A DNA stretch of 64,000 bases. Source: a virus. Positions within the stretch are counted from its first letter, which is position 1, and the number at the start of each line of letters is the position of its first letter. Positions 47,203-56,866 of this stretch are shown piece by piece. Below the pieces are notes generated by a model, which worked only from the letters and a program-made list of their open reading frames with translations, was not told the origin of the DNA and did no database searches. The DNA is taken from the IMG/VR virus record IMGVR_UViG_3300017991_000062, positions 49,078-113,077 of that record, one strand, 5' to 3'. Both the position numbers and the translations under genes were made by a program.

Positions 47203-48158
47203 AGGAAGCGTACCTCCGCAAACGGTTCAAGCCCGAGACGCGCCGACTGATTAGCCAGGCCGACGCCATCATCGACGAGTACCTCGCGGATGGGCTCAAG
47301 CTCTCCCTCCGTCAGCTCTACTACCAGTTCGTCGCCCGGGGCATCCTGGAGAACAACTTCCGAAACTACAAGCGGCTCGGCAGCATCATCAGCGATGCCC
47401 GGCTGGCCGGCCTCATCGACTGGGACGCCATCGAGGACCGCGGCCGGGAAACCGACCGCGCCACCCGCGTCTTCTGGGACGGGCCGCAGTCGATCCTCGA
47501 AGCCTGCGCCGAGCAGTTCAAGATCGACCGGTGGCTTCCGCAGCCTCACCACGTCGAGGTGATGGCGGAGAAGGCCGCGCTGGAGGGCGTGCTCATCCCG
47601 GTGTGTGCCGAGCTGGGGGTGCGCTTCACCGCGAACAAGGGCTACAGCTCCCAGAGCTTCATGCGGGAGAAGGGCGAGGAGCTGGCGCGCTGGCGACGTG
47701 GTGGGTTCGAGGTGGCCGGCCGGCTCGTGCCGCCGAAGTACATCCACGTCCTTTACCTGGGCGACCACGACCCGAGCGGGATGGACATGGACCGCGACGT
47801 GGTCGAGCGGCTGGAGCTGTTCAGCCGTGGCCCGGTGAAGGTGAAGCGCCTTTGCCTCACGATGGACCAGATCGATGACTGGGGGCCGCCTCCGAACTAC
47901 GCGAAGCCCACCGACAGCCGCTCGAAGGAATACCGGGCGCTGTACGGTGACGACTCGTGGGAGCTGGACGCGGCCGAGCCGCGTGAGCTGGTGAAGATCG
48001 TGCGCGAGGCCGTGGTGCGGCTGCGCGATGACGAGCTGTGGGAAGCCGAATGCGAGCGTCAGGCCAAGATGCGCGCCGACCTGCGCGACATGGCGCTGGA
48101 GTATGAGTACCGCGAGGCCGAGGCCAGTGCGGGCGACGAGGACGACGAGGAGGAGTGA
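47199..48158 (+). CDS. Topo VI-A/Spo11-like wHTH-Toprim protein
   Basis: LRQLYYQ, EVMAEK, GYSS, YLGDHDPSG, WELDA. Confidence 0.8.
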   Translation: MKEAYLRKRFKPETRRLISQADAIIDEYLADGLKLSLRQLYYQFVARGILENNFRNYKRLGSIISDARLAGLIDWDAIEDRGRETDRATRVFWDGPQSILEACAEQFKIDRWLPQPHHVEVMAEKAALEGVLIPVCAELGVRFTANKGYSSQSFMREKGEELARWRRGGFEVAGRLVPPKYIHVLYLGDHDPSGMDMDRDVVERLELFSRGPVKVKRLCLTMDQIDDWGPPPNYAKPTDSRSKEYRALYGDDSWELDAAEPRELVKIVREAVVRLRDDELWEAECERQAKMRADLRDMALEYEYREAEASAGDEDDEEE

Positions 48159-48391
48159 TGGCGAGCAAGCCGACCCAGGACCAGATCGACCAGGTGCTCA
48201 ACGCCTGCTCGGTGCTGACCGACGCGAACGAGAACCCGTACTTCGGTATGACGTACACCCAGGGCGTCGAGGACGGCATCAACTGGGTCTTGGGCTACAT
48301 CGACGCGCAGCCCTTCGATGATGAGCAGGGGGCCGAGGCCATCGCCCGCGCCGAGGAGGCGATGGGCGAGCGCGAGGAGGAGATGGACTGA
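48155..48391 (+). CDS. Hypothetical protein
   Basis: YFGMTYTQGV; coupled to neighbours. Confidence 0.55.
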   Translation: MMASKPTQDQIDQVLNACSVLTDANENPYFGMTYTQGVEDGINWVLGYIDAQPFDDEQGAEAIARAEEAMGEREEEMD

Positions 48392-48750
48392 TGTGGATCT
48401 TCAGCGAGCACGGGTTCGTCAGCATCGTGGTTAACCGCTACGGCGACGATCAGAACGAGTTCCTTGTCCGCGCCCGCTGCCGGGCCGACCTGGAGCGCTT
48501 CGAGGAGCTGCTTCCGGCCGGGTGGGCGAAGGAGCCCTGGCACGCGCCCCCCGCCGACTACCGCTGGCGCGCCCTGGCCAATCGCGGTGACGTCGCCGAG
48601 GCCCTGGTCGCGATGATGCGTGAGCACGAGTACACCAACTTCAAGGCCCGGGTGATGCAGACGCCCTCGGGCATGGACCCGGGTCGGCTCCACGCCCTCC
48701 ATGAGGTGTGGGCTGTCATGCGCGAGTTCGGCGCGCAGAACGACGGCTGA
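48391..48750 (+). CDS. Conserved phage hypothetical protein (MWIF...GFVSIV...VRAR...DYRWR...YTNFK)
   Basis: Recognisable phage protein pattern; function unknown. Confidence 0.6.
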   Translation: MWIFSEHGFVSIVVNRYGDDQNEFLVRARCRADLERFEELLPAGWAKEPWHAPPADYRWRALANRGDVAEALVAMMREHEYTNFKARVMQTPSGMDPGRLHALHEVWAVMREFGAQNDG

Positions 48751-48753
48751 CCG

Positions 48754-49122
48754 ATGCCGACGCCCCACCCTGCCGACCGCTACCAGACGGCGCGCGAGCG
48801 CGTGTTGGAGCTGCTCACCGACCAGCGCTGGCACGGCTACCGACAGCTCGTCAGGGTCGGCGGGGTGAGGGCGACAGGCCGGGTGAGCGAGTTGCGCCGC
48901 ATCGGCTACCCCATTCGCTCGCGGCCCGACCCGAGCGGTCACGGGAAGCAGTACCAGCTCACGTCGCTGCACCCGGTAGGCAAGCGCCCGAAGCGCGTCC
49001 GCGTCTACCTGGCCGAGTGTGATGCAGCCCTGATGGAGCACGACGAGAACGTGCCTGTCGGTGCCCGGCGCGCCATCCGCAAGGCGCTCGCGTCGTTCAG
49101 GCGCAACCGGGGGAAGCCATGA
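48754..49122 (+). CDS. HTH DNA-binding protein
   Basis: RVSELRRIGYPI wHTH pattern. Confidence 0.55.
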   Translation: MPTPHPADRYQTARERVLELLTDQRWHGYRQLVRVGGVRATGRVSELRRIGYPIRSRPDPSGHGKQYQLTSLHPVGKRPKRVRVYLAECDAALMEHDENVPVGARRAIRKALASFRRNRGKP

Positions 49123-49363
49123 GTGCCGAGAGCATCCTGGACCTCGCACACCGCGCCGAGTGGTCGTGGAACGATGTGCCCAGGGCCGAGCGCAGATTCC
49201 TCATCGCAGCGGCCAAGGCCGGTGTTGAAGCGGGCCTGGACCCCGGCCGCGAATGCTGGTGCTCTGCCCACAACGCGGACGACGGTCCTTGCGCCCTCTG
49301 CGAGCTGCGTGCGATGCTCGGTGTGCGGCAGCCGGCCGAGAGCCGGTATCACAGGGAGAGGCC

Positions 49364-49840
49364 ATGAGTGCAACGCACGGGCCGGAAGCTCCCCCGGTCA
49401 TCGCGCTGTGGTGGCGACCAGGCGCGCTGTACCTGCCCAGGGGAGCCGAACAGACCATCGGGAGCATCAACATCGCGGCCCAGGCCGCGGTCGCGGAGGC
49501 GCTCGAACTGGGCGGCGAGGCGGGGTGGGCGAAGATGTGCACCAACCTCGCCTCGCTCGCCAGGCTGCGGCGCAGCCTGATGAAGGAGGACGGGATGCCG
49601 AACGGGACGCTGTCGCTGCGCGAGTTGCTTGAGGGTGCCTCGGGCGCCATGTTCGACACGGTGGTTCGCGAGACGGCGGCCGACACCGGCCTCAACGAGG
49701 ACCTGGTGCGCCGCTCCTTCGACCCACCTGCGTCGTCCGACCCGCCCGAGCTGACCGCGGCCCGGGAGCGCGTCGTGCTGTACTTCAGCCACGGCAGCCG
49801 CGGGGAGGCTCGGACTGCGATGCGGGGCGAGTCTGACTGA
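49364..49840 (+). CDS. Hypothetical protein
   Basis: RBS ggagagg; coupled to the next gene. Confidence 0.5.
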   Translation: MSATHGPEAPPVIALWWRPGALYLPRGAEQTIGSINIAAQAAVAEALELGGEAGWAKMCTNLASLARLRRSLMKEDGMPNGTLSLRELLEGASGAMFDTVVRETAADTGLNEDLVRRSFDPPASSDPPELTAARERVVLYFSHGSRGEARTAMRGESD

Positions 49841-50394
49841 TGCCTACCCTGGACGAGCTGCGGAGTCTGTTCAGCAAGGCCAGGGATGCCGAGCGGCTTG
49901 CAGCTCTGGACGATGGTGAGTCGCTCGTCAGTGCCGAGTTCACCGCGGCGTTCGCCGTTGCCGATACCGACAAGACGGTCTTGATGCGCCTGGTGCTACT
50001 TACCGAGCGCGTTCTTGAGAAGCTGCCCCGCGACCGTGCTGCGGACCCAGAAGAGGAGATGATCGCAGTGAAGTTGGCGGCCCGCGAGAAGCTGCGCGAG
50101 CTGACCGGCGTCGGCTACCCGGCGAGCGGCCTGGTCCCGGAGCAGGTCACGAACCTGCCCGACTTCGATGGGCCGCCCCAGATCCGGGTCGAGCTGCGGG
50201 TGCCTCGTGTGCTCGCCGACCAGGTGAAGGCCATCCTCGGCCGCAAGGAGCGCGACGAGGGTATCCACTTCAACGACGAGCCGAGCTACACCTGTCCACA
50301 CTGCGGGAAGACGTCACACCACCCGGTCGACGTCGAGCGCAAGTTCTGCGGCGCCTGTGGCCGCTTTGAAGAAGCACTGGAGGGGATCGAATGA
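49840..50394 (+). CDS. Hypothetical protein with C-terminal Zn ribbon
   Basis: CPHCG.TS.HP.DV...FCGAC. Confidence 0.6.
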   Translation: MPTLDELRSLFSKARDAERLAALDDGESLVSAEFTAAFAVADTDKTVLMRLVLLTERVLEKLPRDRAADPEEEMIAVKLAAREKLRELTGVGYPASGLVPEQVTNLPDFDGPPQIRVELRVPRVLADQVKAILGRKERDEGIHFNDEPSYTCPHCGKTSHHPVDVERKFCGACGRFEEALEGIE

Positions 50395-51038
50395 CCGAGA
50401 TCGTTGTCGCCGTCCTGGCCGTGGCCGCGCTTGTGCTGCTCCTGGCCTCCCGCTACCGCTGGCGCCGTGCCGAGCGCTACCAGCCGCCGGTCGACCCTGG
50501 GCCTCGGCAGGAAGATCCTCGCCAGGCCGTCCGGCTGCGGCTGCTCGCCGCGACCCAGGCCCTCACCACGTCGAAGCAGCTCATCGCGAAGCGGCTGCGG
50601 GGGAAGATGTCGCAGCGCAAGGCCAACGAGCTGAAGAACCGGCTCGGGACCGAGCTGTCGGTGGCGCAGACCGTGCTCGCCGAGCTGATGCTGGCCGTGC
50701 GCCCCGAGCGGGCCACGGCCGAGGAGATGCACGAGGAGCTTGACGAGGTGACGCCCCACGCGGTCGAGCCCGAGGACAACGTGGTCAGCATCGGGCGGCC
50801 GGCTGGCGACCTGCCGGCTATCGAGGACGGGTTGTGCTCCCTGTGTGGGAAGCTGCCCTGCCGACACTACCCGGCCGAAGAGGAGAAGGGCACCGAGCGG
50901 CGTCCGCAGTGCCCGCAGTGCGGCTCCTACCAGACGAAGCGCGACGACCAGGCCAAGGCCAGCGAGCCGGGCTTCGGGGTGTGGAGCTGCGCCCGCTGCG
51001 GTTGCCCCTTCGAGTGGCAGGAGGACAAGCAGGCATGA
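50391..51038 (+). CDS. Membrane-anchored protein with Zn ribbons
   Basis: N-terminal TM; CPQC, CARC. Confidence 0.55.
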   Translation: MTEIVVAVLAVAALVLLLASRYRWRRAERYQPPVDPGPRQEDPRQAVRLRLLAATQALTTSKQLIAKRLRGKMSQRKANELKNRLGTELSVAQTVLAELMLAVRPERATAEEMHEELDEVTPHAVEPEDNVVSIGRPAGDLPAIEDGLCSLCGKLPCRHYPAEEEKGTERRPQCPQCGSYQTKRDDQAKASEPGFGVWSCARCGCPFEWQEDKQA

Positions 51039-51277
51039 GGCTGACAAGCTCGATGCCGCGTATCCTGACCGAGCTGCGACGGCGACCCGACCGCTGGTTC
51101 ACATTCAGGGAACTGCGAGCACTCACCGGGCTCCCAGAGACCACGCTGCGGTCCAACCTGTGCCGGCTCGTGAAGCGTGGCCGCATCGCCCAGTCCAAGA
51201 GGCCGGTGTGGCGGCAGTGCGGGTCGGTCACCAGGCTGTTCAACGTCAACGCCTGGAAGAGGATGGCGGATGGGTGA
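51035..51277 (+). CDS. Small wHTH protein
   Basis: TFRELRALTGLPETTLRSNLCRLVKRG. Confidence 0.65.
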   Translation: MRLTSSMPRILTELRRRPDRWFTFRELRALTGLPETTLRSNLCRLVKRGRIAQSKRPVWRQCGSVTRLFNVNAWKRMADG

Positions 51278-51647
51278 AGCGAAGACCGAGCGCGAGCAGG
51301 ATCGCGAGCTGGTGAGGCGCGTGGTGTCCAGGCTCTACCCGCTGGCCAAAGAGCGGACTCTCCTGCCAGGGAGGCCGGTGCGGTTCGAGGTGAGCCCCGA
51401 CGTGCTGCGGGAGACGGCCGAGGCGTGCGCCGCTGCGAAGTACCCCAGGCCCCACACGAGCGAGGCATACGGCTCGCTCAAGCTGGCTGTGGTGCTGGCC
51501 CGGCAGGCGCACGAGGCCGACACGATGCGCGAGCCACTGGTGGACCTCATCGTGAGGGGCGTGGAACCGCTGTCCATGTTCGGAATCCCAGTCGTGGTCG
51601 ACGGCAGTCTGCCGCCAGGCACGGCAGAGCTTCGGGAAGTGAGGTGA
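51270..51647 (+). CDS. Hypothetical protein
   Basis: C-terminal MFGIPVVVD..LP. Confidence 0.5.
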   Translation: MGEAKTEREQDRELVRRVVSRLYPLAKERTLLPGRPVRFEVSPDVLRETAEACAAAKYPRPHTSEAYGSLKLAVVLARQAHEADTMREPLVDLIVRGVEPLSMFGIPVVVDGSLPPGTAELREVR

Positions 51648-51650
51648 CCG

Positions 51651-52391
51651 ATGGAGTTGCTACACGTCAGCGACCTGCACATCACGGAGCAGGGTCAGCA
51701 CCCGCGCCTCGCCTACGAGCATCGCACCGTCATCGCGACGGGCGACGTGACCGACAACGGCACCCGCGAGGAGTACGAGGCCGCGACCAGGGTGCTCGCG
51801 CCGCTGGTCGTCACCGGGCTGCACCTGTGCCCGGGGAACCACGACCACGGCTACCTCGGCAACCTGTGGACGCCGAGCTGCGAGCGTCGGTGGTGGGAGT
51901 TCGCCTCGCTGATGGGGAACGCCTGGTACACCGAGCTGGAGGAGAAGCGCGGCGGTGAGGTGGTGAGCCGGGTGCACCTGTTCTGCCTCGACTCATGCCT
52001 GCCGACGACGCACCCGCTCGACTTCGCGTGCGGCGAGGTGGGCCAGCGGCAGCTCCAGGCGCTCGACATGATGCTGACCACCATCGAGGTCGCACGCCGC
52101 AGCGTGCCCGGTCACGACATCGACAAGGTCATTGTCGCCCTGCACCACCACCCCTTCATCCACACCGACCCGACGATGAAGCTGATGGACGACGAGGCCT
52201 TCTTCCGCGTGCTGGCCGGCCGGGTCGACCTGGTGTTGTTCGGTCACAAGCATGCGCAGCGGGTCTACTACCACCGGCACGGCGTCAGGATGTGGCTCGC
52301 CGCTGCGAAGTACCCGAAGGGCCAGTGGGCCATCACCATCCACGGCGACCATCTGGGCATCGAGAAAGAGGAGAGCGACGGCTGTGGATAA
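51651..52391 (+). CDS. Calcineurin-like metallophosphoesterase (CpdA-like)
   Basis: HVSDLH, TGDVTDNG, PGNHD, LHHHP, FGHKH. Confidence 0.9.
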   Translation: MELLHVSDLHITEQGQHPRLAYEHRTVIATGDVTDNGTREEYEAATRVLAPLVVTGLHLCPGNHDHGYLGNLWTPSCERRWWEFASLMGNAWYTELEEKRGGEVVSRVHLFCLDSCLPTTHPLDFACGEVGQRQLQALDMMLTTIEVARRSVPGHDIDKVIVALHHHPFIHTDPTMKLMDDEAFFRVLAGRVDLVLFGHKHAQRVYYHRHGVRMWLAAAKYPKGQWAITIHGDHLGIEKEESDGCG

Positions 52392-52908
52392 CCTGTTGAC
52401 GCCGAGGGAGGTGGCGGCACGCTGTCGCCTCAAGAACGAGCGCACCGTGCGCCGCTGGTGTCGAGCTGGCAAGCTGCCCGGTGCGGTTCGCATCGGCCGC
52501 GGCCGTGGCCGCTGGCGCATCCCGGAGTCGGCTGTGGAAAACATGCTCGGGAGGAAGGCGATGGCAGAGGAAGCGAAGCCCTACGATGGCGACATCGAGT
52601 CGCGCCCGCCCGCGCGCTGGCAGCGGCTCCAGCGCAACGGTAAGCCGCGCACCGGGCGGAAGATGAGCTTCATGTCGAAGCACGGCGAGGTCTGCCTCAA
52701 GGACGCGGCCGAGCTTGGTCCCTGGCACGAGGTCGCCTGGGACGAGATCGAGGTCGGCATGGTCATCCGTCTGCATCCCGACGACCCGAACGTCGGTCGG
52801 TGCTGTTGCTGCGGCGGCGAGCTTCACGAGGGGAGCGGTATCTACCTGGTGGAGGAGCTGACCTCGCCCGGCGACTGCGTGGCCGTCGAGCTGGACCTGG
52901 AGGGCTGA
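52384..52908 (+). CDS. Excisionase/MerR-like HTH protein (possible second in-frame start at 52561)
   Basis: LLTPREVA.....ERTVRRWCRAGKLPG.......WRIP. Confidence 0.75.
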   Translation: MDNLLTPREVAARCRLKNERTVRRWCRAGKLPGAVRIGRGRGRWRIPESAVENMLGRKAMAEEAKPYDGDIESRPPARWQRLQRNGKPRTGRKMSFMSKHGEVCLKDAAELGPWHEVAWDEIEVGMVIRLHPDDPNVGRCCCCGGELHEGSGIYLVEELTSPGDCVAVELDLEG

Positions 52909-53369
52909 AGTGATGCTCTGCTCGCGCTGCGGCCTGGCGACAGATGCGCCGGCTACTGACGAGCGCTGGGCGAAGGGCAAGCTGTGTCCGGTGTGCGTCA
53001 CGGTGCTGGACGATGCCGACATCACGAGCCCCGAGGAGCGTGAGGCCGCGGCCGAGGTGCTGAACCGGGCCGTGGCGAACATGAGCAAGCCGCGGGGGCT
53101 CCGCGTGAAGACGGAGGACGGGTGAAGACGATGGCAATACCGGAGGTGAGGGTGGACTTCAGCAGGCGCAACCCGGTCACGAAGCGGGTGCCCCTGTCGG
53201 TGGAGCCGGCTGCCAGTGAGATCCTCAAGCTCGGCCTGGGCCACGGCGACCGGGTCTTCCTCTGTGACGACGAGCGCGGGGCCGTGGCCGATATCGAGCA
53301 GGATGGTGAGTTCCTGTTCGGCAGCCTGGTGACCGAGCCCTTCGCCCTCGATGCCGAACAGGAGGAGCC

Positions 53370-54188
53370 ATGAAGCGAGCGCTGATGGTGCTCTTGCTGG
53401 TCGCCGGCTGCGCTGCCGATGGCCAAGACGGGGAGCCCGGCGAGCCGGGTGACAGCGGGGCGGTAGGCGAGCCCGGCCCGGCTGGCGAGCAGGGGCCACC
53501 GGGTCCGCAGGGCGAGCCCGGCCCGGCTGGTGAGCGCGGCCCTGCCGGCGAGCAGGGGCCAGAGGGTGCCCCAGGCTCGCGAGGAGAGCCCGGCCCGGCT
53601 GGAGAGGCCGGGGAACCTGGACCGTCTGGCGAACGCGGTCCACAGGGCGAACCAGGGCCGGCAGGCCCCCGAGGCGAGCAGGGGCCGGCAGGGGAACGAG
53701 GCCCGACAGGGCCTCAAGGCGCGCCTGGCGATGCCGGCCCGGCCGGGTCACCGTCGCCGGCCGTGGTGTGGTGCGATGCCTCTGGCTCGTTTGTGGGCTT
53801 CGGTGATGTGACAGCGGCCCGGGTGTGGTACTGCGACGGCGACGGTATTTTCTGGCGCCTGGGTGTCGGGTCGCTGATGCACGAGCCCGAGGAGCCTGTG
53901 GTGTACTGGACCGAGCCCGGCTGTGGTGGCGAGGCTGTCTTCCAGGAGCGACCGCCCCGGGTCGCGCTGCGGCTGCTCGGGGAGTTCCGAGTGCGCCTGG
54001 ACGACACCCAGAGCTTGCTCGACATCACCACGGCCTCGCTGACCGAGTGGAACGGCACCTGCACCGACAGGGATGTCGCCCTGCCGAGGGCGGTGCCGAT
54101 GAACGGGACCGTCGTGGTGCCTGGGCCTGGGCTGCCGTTCAGCCGGCCGCTGCACCCGGCGGTCGGGCAGTGCGAGGAGGGGCCGTGA
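53370..54188 (+). CDS. Collagen-like lipoprotein
   Basis: [14 protein letters not shown] lipobox; about 37 Gly-X-Y triplets; Cys-containing C-terminal domain. Confidence 0.85.
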   Translation: MKRALMVLLLVAGCAADGQDGEPGEPGDSGAVGEPGPAGEQGPPGPQGEPGPAGERGPAGEQGPEGAPGSRGEPGPAGEAGEPGPSGERGPQGEPGPAGPRGEQGPAGERGPTGPQGAPGDAGPAGSPSPAVVWCDASGSFVGFGDVTAARVWYCDGDGIFWRLGVGSLMHEPEEPVVYWTEPGCGGEAVFQERPPRVALRLLGEFRVRLDDTQSLLDITTASLTEWNGTCTDRDVALPRAVPMNGTVVVPGPGLPFSRPLHPAVGQCEEGP

Positions 54189-54589
54189 AGAAGAAGGTGA
54201 CCAAGGCCGAGCTGGAGGAGCTGTGCGCACAGCTCGAAATCAGGAACAAGACGCAGATGAAGGAGATCCGGGAGCTGCGCCGGGAGCTGCGGCAGGAGCG
54301 GCGCGAGCCCACCGTCAACCGGTTGCGCCGCGAGGTGTTCGAGGTGACGGTGCCGTTGCCGGTCGACGTCTCCTACAAGGACGGCCACGGCCCGTCGCGC
54401 GACCGCATCGAGAAGGCCGAGCGACGGGCCGAGCGTGCGGTCGGTCGGTGCACCGGCCACCGTGGCACCCGGGCCACCTGCGAGGTCCGAGGCGACTACG
54501 ACACCTTCAAGCACGCGATCCGGTTCGTCTACCTGGTCGACTACCGCGAAGGCGATGCGGAGGAACCCTGTGACGCAGCGTCGAGCTGA
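54185..54589 (+). CDS. Hypothetical protein
   Basis: RBS gaggaggg; coiled coil. Confidence 0.5.
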   Translation: MKKKVTKAELEELCAQLEIRNKTQMKEIRELRRELRQERREPTVNRLRREVFEVTVPLPVDVSYKDGHGPSRDRIEKAERRAERAVGRCTGHRGTRATCEVRGDYDTFKHAIRFVYLVDYREGDAEEPCDAASS

Positions 54590-54917
54590 CTCCCACGACG
54601 ACGGGCTCATTCACCTCCGAGTCGCCTACCGAACCGGTGACGAACCTCTGCGGCCAGGCCATCAGGTCGGCATCGCGTGCGGCGCCCCGGTCACGGCCCG
54701 GTGGACCGGGAAGCACGAGCACGTCACCTGTCCCGACTGCTCCCACTGGGCAGCGACCCACCCGGCCGAAGCGAACGCGAGCCTGCGCTTCCTCAACGCC
54801 CGCTACCACGGCCGGAAGGCCCGGCAGAAGGCAGAAAAGGAAGCGCTCCGTGCGCGGGCCGCGTACCCAGACCTCCCCACGTATAGCGGCCAGGGCGACT
54901 ACGAATAAAAACAATCG

Positions 54918-55136
54918 CTTACAACTTTTTGTAGCGTAACCCGACGTTATACCTCCAGGTTTAGAAAGCGAAGTGCTGTTCAGCCTGGCTCTGCCGCCAG
55001 GCCGCAAAAAAAGTGCACCTGGAACACGACGGTATTCATTGGGAAACAGATTAAGTTAAACTTCGGGGTTGACAAGGTGTTCGGGCCGTCATACCTTTGG
55101 TTCATGGCTAACGGAACCCACAACACGGAGCGGAAG
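54918..55136 (+). promoter_or_regulatory. Early promoter cassette A (TTGACA 55069, TACCTT 55092)
   Basis: AT-rich; conserved blocks shared at identical spacing with cassette B. Confidence 0.75.
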
Positions 55137-55520
55137 ATGAACAGCGCGAACCAGGGTGGGAAGTGGATTCGGCAGGACAAGCGCCTCGCCATCTACCTCC
55201 GCGACGGCCTCTGCTGCACCTACTGCGGGGCCACCGTGGAGGACGGCGCGGTGCTCACCCTCGACCACGTCAAGCCCCAGTCCAAGGGCGGCTCGAACCA
55301 CGAGACGAACCTCGTCACCGCCTGCAAGCGCTGCAACTCGGCGCGGGGCAACCGGCCGCTCGCCACCTTCGCCCGCGCCGTGGCCGACTACGTCAACGAC
55401 GGCCGCACCGGCAAAGACATCGTCCGCGAGGTCAACCGGCTGCGCCGCCGCAAGCTGGACCGGGCCGAGGCCAAGGCCGTCATCGCCCGGCGCGGCTCCG
55501 CTGCCGCGGCCGGTTGCTAG
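55137..55520 (+). CDS. HNH endonuclease
   Basis: RDG..C.YCG...LDHVKP...GG....NLVTACKRCN..RG; alternative start at 55104. Confidence 0.9.
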   Translation: MNSANQGGKWIRQDKRLAIYLRDGLCCTYCGATVEDGAVLTLDHVKPQSKGGSNHETNLVTACKRCNSARGNRPLATFARAVADYVNDGRTGKDIVREVNRLRRRKLDRAEAKAVIARRGSAAAAGC

Positions 55521-55689
55521 GAGGCCACGGTGAGGCGCACCCGCCGGAAGACGACCTGCCCCTACTTCCGCAACCTGCGAGCACAGCCCGCGTCCGAGGC
55601 GCGGCGCTGCACGTACTGCAAGGACCACTTCGTCTGTATCGTGAAGCCCGAGCGGCCGGTGCTGCCGGCCAAGAAGGAGGAGGACTAGG

Positions 55690-56610
55690 ATGTACATGAC
55701 CCCCGAGCGCGACAGCAAGGGCGAGTGGCGCTGCCCGAACTGTGACCACCCGCTGCTCCACGGCGAGCCCGAGTGCCCCGAGTGCACCTGTGGGCTCGAC
55801 TGGGACGACGCCGACGAGAACGACGAGCACGAGGATTCCGAGACGGCGCCCGAGGCGCCCGCAACCGACCCCGAGGAGGGACAGACCATGACCACGAAGA
55901 CCACCGAGACCGCCGAGACCATGAAGGCCCGCATCGTGCGTTACTCCGACGAGCTGGTGACCCGCGGCAAGCGGAAGGGCCTGCCGAAGATCGAGAAGGT
56001 CGGCACCCGCAAGGTCACCATCACCGACACCCGGGCCGAGCCCGCGGACGGCACCCTGGTCCGCTTCGCCACGGCCACCGTCAAGGGCGAGCCGGCGTTC
56101 CTCGTCCAGCTCGACGACTGCGCCTTCCGCGTGGTGGACGAGGCCACGTACAACGACCGCATCCTGGCCACCCTGCCGCCCGAGCAGTACGCCATCGACG
56201 AGGCGCAGCGCAAGGCCGAGGCCGAGGCGAGCGCGGCCAAGCCCAAGGCGAAGCCCGCGGCCAAGGCCAAGGCCCGGCCCAAGGCGAAGCCGGCGCCGGC
56301 CGAGGGGAAGAAGGAGCGCGCCCCGTCCGTGGTGCTGCCCAAGGACGAGCGCGACATCCTGGACGCCCTGGTGCTGGTCGCCGTGGCCAGCCTGGAGGCC
56401 GCGCCCAACGACGCCACCGCGGCGGCCGTGAACGAGAACATCCAGGGCAGCCCCACCGCGATGAAGAAGCTGCCGACCTTCCAGGGCCAGATCGAGGCCG
56501 GCTCCTGGTGCTACATCCGCGTCTTCGACGCCCTCAAGCGGCAGGAGAAGGCCGGGAAGGTGGTCGCGGCCAAGGACGGCAAGCGCACCGTGTACGGCCT
56601 GGCGGGCTAG
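55690..56610 (+). CDS. Protein with N-terminal Zn ribbon and C-terminal wHTH module (probable second start at 55888)
   Basis: CPNC/CPEC; RBS gaggaggg before the ATG at 55888; VVLPKDERD...RVFD.LKR...G. Confidence 0.65.
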   Translation: MYMTPERDSKGEWRCPNCDHPLLHGEPECPECTCGLDWDDADENDEHEDSETAPEAPATDPEEGQTMTTKTTETAETMKARIVRYSDELVTRGKRKGLPKIEKVGTRKVTITDTRAEPADGTLVRFATATVKGEPAFLVQLDDCAFRVVDEATYNDRILATLPPEQYAIDEAQRKAEAEASAAKPKAKPAAKAKARPKAKPAPAEGKKERAPSVVLPKDERDILDALVLVAVASLEAAPNDATAAAVNENIQGSPTAMKKLPTFQGQIEAGSWCYIRVFDALKRQEKAGKVVAAKDGKRTVYGLAG

Positions 56611-56646
56611 TTCGAGCCGAGCTGAATTCCTCAAGTATCTACCTCC

Positions 56647-56866
56647 CTTACAACTTTCTGTAGCCCAACCAAGCGCAATCATTCCGCTTTCTGGCACCGA
56701 GCAACGAATCCGCCGTTCGGCACAGATCCGTCAAGTAAAATCGTGATCTGGAAGTATGCGGGTTTCATTGGGAATAAAAGAAAGTTAAACTTTGAGGTTG
56801 ACACCCTCCGCGCGTGGGTCTTACTGTGGGGCCATGCTTAACACACACCACAACACGGAGCGCGGG
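56647..56866 (+). promoter_or_regulatory. Early promoter cassette B (TTGACA 56798, TACTGT 56822)
   Basis: Paralogous to cassette A. Confidence 0.75.

Noticed and set aside
52384-52908. Excisionase-like HTH as evidence of a temperate lifestyle
   Set aside because: No integrase, repressor switch or att site is visible in the window, and such HTH proteins are common in lytic phages.
55737-55743. Additional GAACTGT heptamer
   Set aside because: Inside coding sequence (PNC) and lacks the CCCG element at 17-18 nt, so not counted as a promoter.
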